64,000 nt of DNA from Eledone cirrhosa (Eukaryota): the NCBI GenBank assembly GCA_964016885.1, contig OZ024742.1, forward strand, positions 235,786,001 to 235,850,000, given 5' to 3'. The notes beneath the pieces are model-generated. The model saw only the letters and a program-made list of their open reading frames with translations. It had not been told where the DNA came from and searched no databases. A program made the position numbers and the translations under genes. Shown here piece by piece: positions 1 to 12,000 of the stretch (the first letter of the stretch is position 1; every line of letters begins with the position of its first letter).

Positions 1-99
1 TCAGCACTTTCATAAGTGTTGTGACGTGTCAGTTGCGTTGTAGGAAATAAGCAACGACTTTGGTAAGCATGAACCCAAGGAGCTATAAGGAAGTGGCAG

Positions 100-3000
100 T
101 GACGATGATGGTGACTACGGTGATGGTGTTGGTAGTGGTGATCGTGTTGGTGTTGGTAGTGGTGATGGTGTTGGTTGTGGTGATGGTGTTGGTAGTGGTG
201 ATGGTGTTGGTAGTGGTGATGGTGTTGGTAGTGGTGATGGTGTTGGTTGTGGTGATGGTGTTGGTAGTGGTGATGGTGTTGGTAGTGGTGATGGTGTTGG
301 TAGTGGTGATGGTGTTGGTAGTGGTGATGGTGTTGGTAGAAGTGATGGTGTTGGTAGTGGTGATGGTGTTGGTAGAAGTGATGGTGTTGGTAGTGGTGAT
401 GGTGTTGGTAGAAGTGATGGTGTTGGTAGTGGTGATGGTGTTGGTAGAAGTGATGGTGTTGGTAGTGGTGATGGTGTTGGTAGAAGTGATGGTGTTGGTA
501 GTGGTGATGGTGTTGGTAGAAGTGATGGTGTTGGTAGTGGTGATGGTGTTGGTAGAAGTGATGGTGTTGGTTGTGGTGATGGTGTTGGTAGAAGTGATGG
601 TGTTGGTAGTGGTGATGGTGTTGGTAGTGGTGATGGTGTTGGTAGTGGTGATGGTGTTGGTAGTGGTGATGGTGTTGGTAGTGGTGATGGTGTTGGTAGT
701 GGTGATGGTGTTGGTAGTGGTGATGGTGTTGGTTGTGGTGATGGTGTTGGTACTGGTGATGGTGTTGGTAGTGGTGTTGGTGTTGGTAGTGGTGATGGTG
801 TTGGTAGAAGTGATGGTGTTGGTAGTGGTGATGGTGTTGGTAGAAGTGATGGTGTTGGTAGTGGTGATGGTGTTGGTAGAAGTGATGGTGTTGGTAGTGG
901 TGATGGTGTTGGTAGTGGTGATGGTGTTGGTAGAAGTGATGGTGTTGGTTGTGGTGATGGTGTTGGTAGAAGTGATGGTGTTGGTAGTGGTGATGGTGTT
1001 GGTAGTGGTGATGGTGTTGGTTGTGGTGATGGTGTTGGTAGTGGTGATGGTGTTGGTAGTGGTGATGGTGTTGGTAGTGGTGATGGTGTTGGTTGTGGTG
1101 ATGGTGTTGGTAGTGGTGATGGTGTTGGTAGTGGTGATGGTGTTGGTAGAAGTGATGGTGTTGGTAGTGGTGATGGTGTTGGTAGAAGTGATGGTGTTGG
1201 TTGTGGTGATGGTGTTGGTAGAAGTGATGGTGTTGGTAGTGGTGATGGTGTTGGTAGTGGTGATGGTGTTGGTAGTGGTGATGGTGTTGGTAGTGGTGAT
1301 GGTGTTGGTAGTGGTGATGGTGTTGGTTGTGGTGATGGTGTTGGTAGTGGTGATGGTGTTGGTAGTGGTGATGGTGTTGGTAGTGGTGATGGTGTTGGTT
1401 GTGGTGATGGTGTTGGTAGTGGTGATGGTGTTGGTAGTGGTGATGGTGTTGGTAGTGGTGGGGGTGTTGGTAGTGGTGATGGTGTTGGTAGTGGTGATGG
1501 TGTTGGTTGTGGTGATGGTGTTGGTAGTGGTGATGGTGTTGGTAGTGGTGATGGTGTTGGTAGTGGTGGGGGTGTTGGTAGTGGTGATGGTGTTGGTAGT
1601 GGTGATGGTGTTGGTTGTGGTGATGGTGTTGGTAGTGGTGATGGTCTTGGTAGTGGTGATGGTGTTGGTAGTGGTGATGGTGTTGGTAGTGGTGATGGTG
1701 TTGGTTGTGGTGATGGTGTTGGTAGTGGTGATGGTGTTGGTAGTGGTGATGGTGTTGGTACTGGTGATGGTGTTGGTAGTGGTGATGGTGTTGGTAGTGG
1801 TGATGGTGTTGGTAGTGGTGATGGTGTTGGTAGTGGTGATGGTGTTGGTAGTGGTGATGGTGTTGGTAGTGGTGATGGTGTTGGTTGTGGTGATGGTGTT
1901 GGTAGTGGTGATGGTGTTGGTAGTGGTGATGGTGTTGGTAGTGGTGATGGTGTTGGTAGTGGTGATGGTGTTGGTAGTGGTGGTGGTGTTGGTAGTGGTG
2001 ATGGTGTTGGTAGTGGTGATGGTGTTGGTAGTGGTGATGGTGTTGGTAGTGGTGATGGTGTTGGTAGTGGTGATGGTGTTGGTAGTGGTGATGGTGTTGG
2101 TTGTGGTGATGGTGTTGGTAGTGGTGATGGTGTTGGTAGTGGTGGGGGTGTTGGTAGTGGTGATGGTGTTGGTAGTGGTGATGGTGTTGGTTGTGGTGTT
2201 GGTGTTGGTAGTGGTGATGGTGTTGGTAGTGGTGATGGTGTTGGTAGTGGTGATGGTGTTGGTTGTGGTGATGGTGTTGGTAGTGGTGATGGTGTTGGTA
2301 GTGGTGGGGGTGTTGGTAGTGGTGATGGTGTTGGTAGTGGTGATGGTGTTGGTTGTGGTGATGGTGTTGGTAGTGGTGATGGTGTTGGTAGTGGTGATGG
2401 TGTTGGTTGTGGTGATGGTGTTGGTAGTGGTGATGGTGTTGGTTGTGGTGATGGTGTTGGTAGTGGTGATGGTGTTGGTTGTGGTGATGGTGTTGGTAGT
2501 GGTGATGGTGTTGGTTGTGGTGATGGTGTTGGTAGTGGTGATGGTGTTGGTAGTGGTGGGGTGTTGGTAGTGGTGATGGTGTTGGTAGTGGTGATGGTGT
2601 TGGTTGTGGTGATGGTGTTGGTAGTGGTGATGGTGTTGGTTGTGGTGATGGTGTTGGTAGTGGTGATGGTGTTGGTTGTGGTGATGGTGTTGGTAGTGGT
2701 GATGGTGTTGGTTGTGGTGATGGTGTTGGTAGTGGTGATGGTGTTGGTAGTGGTGATGGTGTTGGTTGTGGTGATGGTGTTGGTAGTGGTGATGGTGTTG
2801 GTAGTGGTGGGGGTGTTGGTAGTGGTGATGGTGTTGGTAGTGGTGATGGTGTTGGTTGTGGTGATGGTGTTGGTAGTGGTGATGGTGTTGGTTGTGGTGA
2901 TGGTGTTGGTAGTGGTGATGGTGTTGGTAGTGGTGGGGGTGTTGGTAGTGGTGATGGTGTTGGTAGTGGTGATGGTGTTGGTTGTGGTGATGGTGTTGGT

Positions 3001-6000
3001 AGTGGTGATGGTGTTAGTAGTGGTGATGGTGTTGGTAGTGGTGATGGTGTTGGTAGTGGTGATGGTGTTGGTAGTGGTGATGGTGTTGGTTGTGGTGATG
3101 GTGTTGGTAGTGGTGATGGTGTTGGTTGTGGTGATGGTGTTGGTAGTGGTGATGGTGTTGGTAGTGGTGATGGTGTTGGTTGTGGTGATGGTGTTGGTTG
3201 TGGTGATGGTGTTGGTTGTGGTGATGGTGATGGTAGTGGTGATGGTGTTAGTAGTGGTGATGGTGTTGGTTGTGGTGATGGTGATGGTAGAGGATGTGAT
3301 GGTGTTGGTAGTGGTGATGGTGTTGGTAGTGGTGATGGTGTTGGTAGTGGTGATGGTGTTGGTAGTGGTGATGGTGTTGGTAGTGGTGATGGTGTTGGTA
3401 GTGGTGATGGTGTTGGTAGTGGTGATGGTGTTGGTACTGGTGATGGTGTTGGTTGTGGTGATGGTGTGGTGTTGGTAGTGGTGATGGTGTTGGTAGTGGT
3501 GACTACGGTGATGGGGTTGTGGTGATGGTGTTGGTAGTGGTGATGGTGTTAGTAGTGGTGATGGTGTTGGTAGTGGTGGTGGTGTTGGTAGTGGTGATGG
3601 TGTTGGTAGTCGTGATGGTGTTGGTTGTGGTGATGCTGTTGGTAGTCGTGATGGTGTTGGTAGTGGTGATGGTGTTGGTAGTGGTGATGGTGTTGGTAGT
3701 GGTGGAGGTGTTGGTAGTGGTGATGGTGTTAGTAGTGGTGATGGTGTTGGTAGTGGCTATGGTGTTGGTAGTGGTGATGGTGTTGGTGTTGGTAGTGGTG
3801 ATGGTGTTGGTTGTGGTGATGGTGTTGGTAGTGGTGATGGTGTTGGTAGTGGTGATGGTGTTGGTGTTGGTAGTGGTGATGGTGTTGGTAGTGGTGATGG
3901 TGTTGGTAGTGGTGATGGTGTTGGTAGTGGCGATGGTGTTGGTAGTGGTGATGGTGTTGGTTGTGGTGATGGTGTTGGTAGTGATGATGGTGTTGGTAGT
4001 GGTGATGGTGTTGGTAGTAGTGATGGTGTTGGTAGTGGTGATGGTGTTGGTAGTGGTGATGGTGTTGGTAGTGGTGATGGTGTTGGTAGTGGTGATGGTG
4101 TTGGTAGTGGTGATGGTGTTGGTTGTGGTGATGGTGTTGGTTGTGGTGATGGTGTTGGTAGTGGTGATGGTGTTGGTAGTGGTGATGGTGTTGGTGTTGG
4201 TAGTGGTGATGGTGTTGGTAGTGGTGATGGTGTTGGTAGTGGTGATGGTGTTGGTAGTGGCGATGGTGTTGGTAGTGGTGATGGTGTTGGTTGTGGTGAT
4301 GGTGTTGGTAGTGGTGATGGTGTTGGTAGTGGTGATGGTGTTGGTTGTGGTGATGGTGTTGGTAGTGGTGATGGTGTTGGTAGTGGTGATGGTGTTGGTA
4401 GTGGTGATGGTGTTGGTAGTGGTGATGGTGTTGGTAGTGGTGATGGTGTTGGTTGTGGTGATGGTGTTGGTTGTGGTGATGGTGTTGGTAGTGGTGATGG
4501 TGTTGGTAGTGATGATGGTGTTGGTAGTGGTGATGGTGTTGGTAGTGGTGATGGTGTTGGTAGTGGTGATGGTGTTGGTTGTGGTGATGGTGTTGGTAGT
4601 GGTGATGGTGATGGTAGAAGTGATGGTGTTGGTAGTGGTGATGGTGTTGGTAGTGGTGATGGTGTTGGTAGTGGTGATGGTGTTGGTAGTGGTGATGGTG
4701 ATGGTAGAAGTGATGGTGTTGGTAGTGGTGATGGTGTTGGTAGTGGTGATGGTGTTGGTAGTGGTGATGGTGTTGGTAGTGGTGATGGTGATGGTAGAAG
4801 TGATGGTGTTGGTAGTGGTGATGGTGTTGGTAGTGGTGATGGTGTTGGTAGTGGTGATGGTGTTGGTTGTGGTGATGGTGTTGGTTGTGGTGATGGTGTT
4901 GGTAGAAGTGATGGTGTTGGTAGTGGTGATGGTGTTGGTAGTGGTGATGGTGTTGGTGTTGGTAGTGGTGATGGTGTTGGTTGTGGTGATGGTGTTGGTA
5001 GTGGTGATGGTGTTGGTAGTGATGATGGTGTTGGTAGTGGTGATGGTGTTGGTAGAAGTGATGGTGTTGGTGGTGGTGATGGTGTTGGTAGAGGTGGTGG
5101 TGTTGGTAGTGGTGATGGTGTTGGTAGTGGTGATGGTGTTGGTTGTGGTGATGGTGTTGGTAGTGGTGATGTTGTTGGTAGTGGTGATGGTGTTGGTAGT
5201 GGTGATGGTGTTGGTAGTGGTGATGGTGTTGGTAGTGGTGATGGTGTTGGTAGTGGTGATGGTGTTGGTTGTGGTGATGGTGTTGGTAGTGGTGATGGTG
5301 TTGGTAGTGGTGATGGTGTTGGTAGTGGTGTTGGTAGTGGTGATGGTGTTGGTAGTGGTGGTGGTGTTGGTAGTGGTGATGGTGTTGGTAGTGGTGATGG
5401 TGTTGGTAGTGGTGGAGGTGTTGGTAGTGGTGATGGTGTTGGTAGTGGTGATGGTGTTGGTAGTGGTGGTGGTGTTGGTAGTGGTGATGGTGTTGGTAGT
5501 GGTGACTACGGTGATGGGGTTGTGGTGATGGTGTTGGTAGTGGTGATGGTGTTAGTAGTGGTGATGGTGTTGGTAGTGGTGGTGGTGTTGGTAGTGGTGA
5601 TGGTGTTGGTAGTCGTGATGGTGTTGGTTGTAGTGATGGTGTTGGTAGTGGTGATGGTGTTGGTAGTGGTGATGGTGTTGGTTGTGGTGATGGTGTTGGT
5701 AGTGGTGATGGTGTTGGTTGTGGTGATGGTGTTGGTAGTGGTGATGGTGTTGGTAGTGGTGATGGTGTTGGTAGTCGTGATGGTGTTGGTAGTGGTGATG
5801 GTGTTGGTAGTGGTGATGGTGTTGGTAGTGGTGGAGGTGTTGGTAGTGGTGATGGTGTTAGTAGTGGTGATGGTGTTGGTAGTGGCTATGGTGTTGGTAG
5901 TGGTGATGGTGTTGGTGTTGGTAGTGGTGATGTTGTTGGTTGTGGTGATGGTGTTGGTAGTGGTGATGGTGTTGGTAGTGGTGATGGTGTTGGTGTTGGT

Positions 6001-9000
6001 AGTGGTGATGGTGTTGGTAGTGGTGATGGTGTTGGTAGTGGTGATGCTGTTGGTAGTGGCGATGGTGTTGGTAGTGGTGATGGTGTTGGTTGTGGTGATG
6101 GTGTTGGTAGTGGTGATGGTGTTGGTAGTGGTGATGGTGTTGGTAGTGGTGATGGTGTTGGTAGTGGTGATGGTGTTGGTAGTGGTGATGGTGTTGGTAG
6201 TGGTGATGGTGTTGGTTGTGGTGATGGTGATGGTAGTGGTGATGGTGTTGGTAGTGGTGATGGTGTTGGTAGTGGTGATGGTGTTGGTAGTGGTGATGGT
6301 GATGGTAGAAGTGATGGTGTTGGTAGTGGTGATGGTGTTGGTAGTGGTGATGGTGTTGGTAGTGGTGATGGTGTTGGTTGTGGTGATGGTGTTGGTTGTG
6401 GTGATGGTGTTGGTAGTGGTGTTGGTGATGGTAGAAGTGATGGTGTTGGTAGTGGTGATGGTGTTGGTAGTGGTGGTGGTGTTGGTAGTGGTGATGGTGT
6501 TGGTTGTGGTGATGGTGTTGGTAGTGGTGATGGTGTTGGTAGTGGTGATGGTGTTGGTTGTGGTGATGGTGTTGGTTGTGGTGATGGTGTTGGTAGTGGT
6601 GATGGTGTTGGTAGTGATGATGGTGTTGGTAGTGGTGATGGTGTTGGTAGTGGTGATTGTGTTGGTAGTGGTGATGGTGTTGGTTGTGGCGATGGTGTTG
6701 GTAGTGGTGATGGTGATGGTAGAAGTGATTGTGTTGGTAGTGGTGATGGTGTTGGTAGTGGTGATGGTGTTGGTAGTGGTGATGGTGTTGGTAGTGGTGA
6801 TGGTGATGGTAGAAGTGATGGTGTTGGTAGTGGTGATGGTGTTGGTAGTGGTGATGGTGTTGGTAGTGGTGATGGTGTTGGTAGTGGTGATGGTGTTGGT
6901 TGTGGTGATGGTGTTGGTAGAAGTGATGGTGTTGGTAGTGGTGATGGTGTTGGTAGTGGTGATGGTGTTGGTGTTGGTAGTGGTGATGGTGTTGGTTGTG
7001 GTGATGGTGTTGGTAGTGGTGATGGTGTTAGTAGTGGTGATGGTGTTGGTAGTGGTGATGGTGTTGGTAGTGGTGATGGTGTTGGTAGTGGTGGAGGTGT
7101 TGGTAGTGGTGATGGTGTTGGTTGTGGTGATGGTGATGGTAGTGGTGATGGTGTTGGTAGTGGTGGAGGTGTTGGTAGTGGTGATGGTGTTGGTAGTGGT
7201 GATGGTGTTGGTAGTGGTGATGGTGTTGGTAGTGGTGGAGGTGTTGGTAGTGGTGATGGTGTTGGTTGTGGTGATGGTGTTGGTAGTGGTGATGGTGTTG
7301 GTAGTGGTGGAGGTGTTGGTAGTGGTGATGGTGTTGGTTGTGGTGATGGTGATGGTAGTGGTGATGGTGTTGGTTGTGGTGATGGTGTTGGTAGTGGTGA
7401 TGGTGTTGGTTGTGGTGATGGTGTTGGTTGTGGTGATGGTGATGGTAGAAGTGATGGTGTTGGTAGTGGTGATGGTGTTGGTAGTGGTGGTGGTGTTGGT
7501 AGTGGTGATGGTGTTGGTTGTGGTGATGGTGTTGGTAGTGGTGATGGTGTTGGTAGTGGTGATGGTGTTAGTAGTGGTGATGGTGTTGGTAGTGGTGATG
7601 GTGTTGGTAGTGGTGGAGGTGTTGGTAGTGGTGATGGTGTTGGTAGTGGTGATGGTGTTGGTAGTGGTGATGGTGTTGGTAGTGGTGATGGTGTTGGTTG
7701 TGGTGATGGTGTTGGTAGTGGTGATGGTGTTGGTAGTGGTGATGGTGTTGGTAGTGGTGATGGTGTTGGTAGTGGTGATGGTGTTGGTAGTGGTGATGGT
7801 GTTGGTAGTGGTGATGGTGTTGGTAGTGGTGGTGGTGTTGGTAGTGGTGATGGTGTTGGTACTGGTGATGGTGTTGGTATTTGTGATGGTGTTGGTTATG
7901 TGATGGTGTTGGTTGTGGTGATGGTGTTGGTAGTGGTGATGGTGTTGGTAGTGGTGATGGTGTTGGTAGTGGTGATGTTGTTGGTAGTGGTGATGGTGTT
8001 GGTAGTGGTGATGGTGTTGGTAGTGGTGATGGTGTTGGTTGTGGTGATGGTGTTGGTTGTGGTGATGGTGTTGGTAGTGGTGATGGTGTTGGTAGTGGTG
8101 ATGGTGTTGGTTGTGGTGATGGTGTTGGTAGTGGTGGTGGTGTTGGTAGTGGTGATGGTGTTGGTAGTGGTGATGGTGTTGGTAGTGGTGATGGTGTTGG
8201 TTGTGGTGATGGTGTTGGTAGTGGTGATGGTGTTGGTAGTGGTGATGGTGTTGGTTGTGGTGATGGTGTTGGTAGTGGTGGTGGTGTTGGTAGTGGTGAT
8301 GGTGTTGGAAGTGGTGATGGTGTTGGTAGTGGTGATGGTGTTGGTAGTGGTGATGGTGTTGGTGTTGGTAGTGGTGATGGTGTTGGTAGTGGTGATGGTG
8401 TTGGTAGTGGTGATGGTGTTGGTAGTGGTGATGGTGTCGGTAGTGGTGATGGTGTTGGTAGTGGTGATGGTGTTGGTAGTGGTGATGGTGTTGGTTGTGG
8501 TGATGGTGTTGGTAGTGGTGGTGGTGTTGGTAGTGGTGATGGTGATGGTAGAAGTGATGGTGTTGGTAGTGGTGATGGTGTTGGTAGTGGTGATGGTGTT
8601 GGTAGTGGTGATGGTGTTGGTTGTGGTGATGGTGTTGGTAGTGGTGATGGTGATGGTAGAAGTTATGGTGTTGGTAGTGGTGATGGTGTTGGTAGTGGTG
8701 ATGGTGTTGGTGGTGGTGATGGTGTTGGTTGTGGTGATGGTGTTGGTTGTGGTGATGGTGTTGGTAGTGGTGATGGTGTTGGTAGTGGTGATGGTGTTGG
8801 TAGTGGTGATGGTGTTGGTAGTGGTGATGGTGTTGGTTGTGGTGATGGTGTTGGTTGTGGTGATGGTGTTGGTAGAAGTGATGGTGTTGGTAGTGGTGAT
8901 GGTGTTGGTAGTGGTGATGGTGTTGGTGTTGGTAGTGGTGATGGTGTTGGTTGTGGTGATGGTGTTGGTAATAGTGATGGTGTTGGTAGTGATGATGGTG

Positions 9001-12000
9001 TTGGTAGTGGTGATGGTGTTGGTAGAAGTGATGGTGTTGGTAGTGGTGATGGTGTTGGTAGTGGTGTTGGTTGTGGTGATGGTGTTGGTAGTGGTGGTGG
9101 TGTTGGTAGTGGTGATGGTGTTGGTAGTGGTGATGGTGTTGGTAGAAGTGATGGTGTTGGTAGTGGTGATGGTGTTGGTAGTGGTGATGGTGTTGGTTGT
9201 GGTGATGGTGTTGGTAGTGGTGGTGGTGTTGGTAGTGGTGATGGTGTTGGTAGTGGTGATGGTGTTGGTTGTGGTGATGGTGTTGGTAGTGGTGATGGTG
9301 TTGGTGGTGGTGATGGTGTTGGTTGTGGTGATGGTGTTGGTTGTGGTGATGGTGTTGGTAGTGGTGATGGTGTTGGTAGTGGTGATGGTGTTGGTAGTGG
9401 TGATGGTGTTGGTAGTGGTGATGGTGTTGGTTGTGGTGATGGTGTTGGTTGTGGTGATGGTGTTGGTAGAAGTGATGGTGTTGGTAGTGGTGATGGTGTT
9501 GGTAGTGGTGATGGTGTTGGTGTTGGTAGTGGTGATGGTGTTGGTTGTGGTGATGGTGTTGGTAATAGTGATGGTGTTGGTAGTGATGATGGTGTTGGTA
9601 GTGGTGATGGTGTTGGTAGAAGTGATGGTGTTGGTAGTGGTGATGGTGTTGGTAGTGGTGTTGGTTGTGGTGATGGTGTTGGTAGTGGTGGTGGTGTTGG
9701 TAGTGGTGATGGTGTTGGTAGTGGTGATGGTGTTGGTAGAAGTGATGGTGTTGGTAGTGGTGATGGTGTTGGTAGTGGTGATGGTGTTGGTTGTGGTGAT
9801 GGTGTTGGTAGTGGTGGTGGTGTTGGTAGTGGTGATGGTGTTGGTAGTGGTGATGGTGTTGGTTGTGGTGATGGTGTTGGTAGTGGTGATGTTGTTGGTA
9901 GTGGTGATGGTGTTGGTAGTGCTGATGGTATTGGTAGTGGTGATGGAGTTGGTAGTGGTGATGGTTTTGGTAGTGGTGATGGTGTTGGTAGTGGTGATGG
10001 TGTTGGTGTTGGTAGTGGTGATGGTGTTGGTTGTGGTGATGGTGTTGGTAGTGGTGATGGTGTTGGTTGTGGTGATGGTGTTGGTAGTGGTGATGGTGTT
10101 GGTAGTGGTGATGGTGTTGGTAGTGGTGATGGTGTTGGTAGAAGTGATGGTGTTGGTAGTGGTGATGGTGTTGGTGTTGGTAGTGGTGATGGTGTTGGTT
10201 GTGGTGATGGTGTTGGTAGTGGTGATGGTGTTGGTGTTGGTAGTGGTGATGGTGTTGGTTGTGGTGATGGTGTTGGTAGTGGTGATGTTGTTGGTAGTGG
10301 TGATGGTGTTGGTAGTGCTGATGGTATTGGTAGTGGTGATGGAGTTGGTAGTGGTGATGGTTTTGGTAGTGGTGATGGTGTTGGTAGTGGTGATGGTGTT
10401 GGTAGTGGTGATGGTGTTGGTAGTGGTGATGGTGTTGGTAGTGGTGATGGTGTTGGTAGTGGTGATGGTGCTGGTAGTGGTGATGGTGTTGGTAGTGGTG
10501 ATGGTGTTGGTAGTGGTGATGGTGTTGGTAGTGGTGTTGGTAGTGGTGATGGTGTTGGTAGTGGTGATGGTGTTGGTTGTGGTGATGGTGTTGGTAGTGG
10601 TGATGGTGTTGGTAGTAGTGATGGTGTTGGTACTGGTGATGGTGTTGGTAGTGGTGGAGGTGTTGGTAGTGGTGATGGTGTTGGTAGTGGTGATGGTGTT
10701 GGTAGTGGTGATGGTGTTGGTAGTGGTGATGGTGTTGGTTATGGTGATGGTGTTGGTTATGGTGATGGTGTTAGTAGTGGTGATGGTGTTGGTAGTGGTG
10801 ATGGTGTTGGTAGTGGTGATGGTGTTGGTAGTGGTGATGGTGTTGGTTATGGTGATGGTGTTGGTTATGGTGATGGTGTTAGTAGTGGTGATGGTGTTGG
10901 TAGTGGTGATGGTGTTGGTAGTGGTGATGGTGTTGGTAGTGGTGATGGTGTTGGTTATGGTGATGGTGTTAGTAGTGGTGATGGTGTTGGTAGTGGTGAT
11001 GGTGTTGGTAGTGGTGGAGGTGTTGGTAGTGGTGATGGTGTTGGTAGTGGTGATGGTGTTGGTAGTGGTGATGGTGTTGGTAGTGGTGATGGTGTTGGTA
11101 GTGGTGATGGTGTTGGTAGTGGTGATGGTGTTGGTAGTGGTGATGGTGTTGGTTATGGTGATGGTGTTAGTAGTGGTGATGGTGTTGGTAGTGGTGATGG
11201 TGTTGGTAGTGGTGGAGGTGTTGGTAGTGGTGATGGTGTTGGTAGTGGTGATGGTGTTGGTAGTGGTGATGGTGTTGGTAGTGGTGATGGTGTTGGTAGT
11301 GGTGATGGTGTTGGTTGTGGTGATGGTGTTGGTTGTGGTGATGGTGATGGTAGAAGTGATGGTGTTGGTAGTGGTGATGGTGTTGGTAGTGGTGATGGTG
11401 TTAGTAGTGGTGATGGTGTTGGTAGTGGTGATGGTGTTGGTAGTGGTGGAGGTGTTGGTAGTGGTGATGGTGTTGGTAGTGGTGATGGTGTTGGTAGTGG
11501 TGATGGTGTTGGTAGTGGTGATGGTGTTGGTAGTGGTGATGGTGTTGGTAGTGGTGATGGTGTTGGTAGTGGTGATGGTGTTGGTTATGGTGATGGTGTT
11601 AGTAGTGGTGATGGTGTTGGTAGTGGTGATGGTGTTGGTAGTGGTGGAGGTGTTGGTAGTGGTGATGGTGTTGGTAGTGGTGATGGTGTTGGTAGTGGTG
11701 ATGGTGTTAGTGGTGGTGATGGTGTTGGTAGTGGTGATGGTGTTGGTTGTGGTGATGGTGTTGGTTGTGGTGATGGTGATGGTAGAAGTGATGGCGTTGG
11801 TAGTGGTGATGGTGTTGGTAGTGGTGATGGTGTTGGTAGTGGTGATGGTGTTGGTAGTGGTGATGGTGTTGGTAGTGGTGATGGTGTTGGTAGTGGTGAT
11901 GGTGTTGGAAGTCGTGATGGTGTTGGTAGTGGTGATGGTGTTAGTAGTGGTGATGGTGTTGGTTGTGGTGATGGTGTTGGTAGTGGTGATGGTGATGGTG

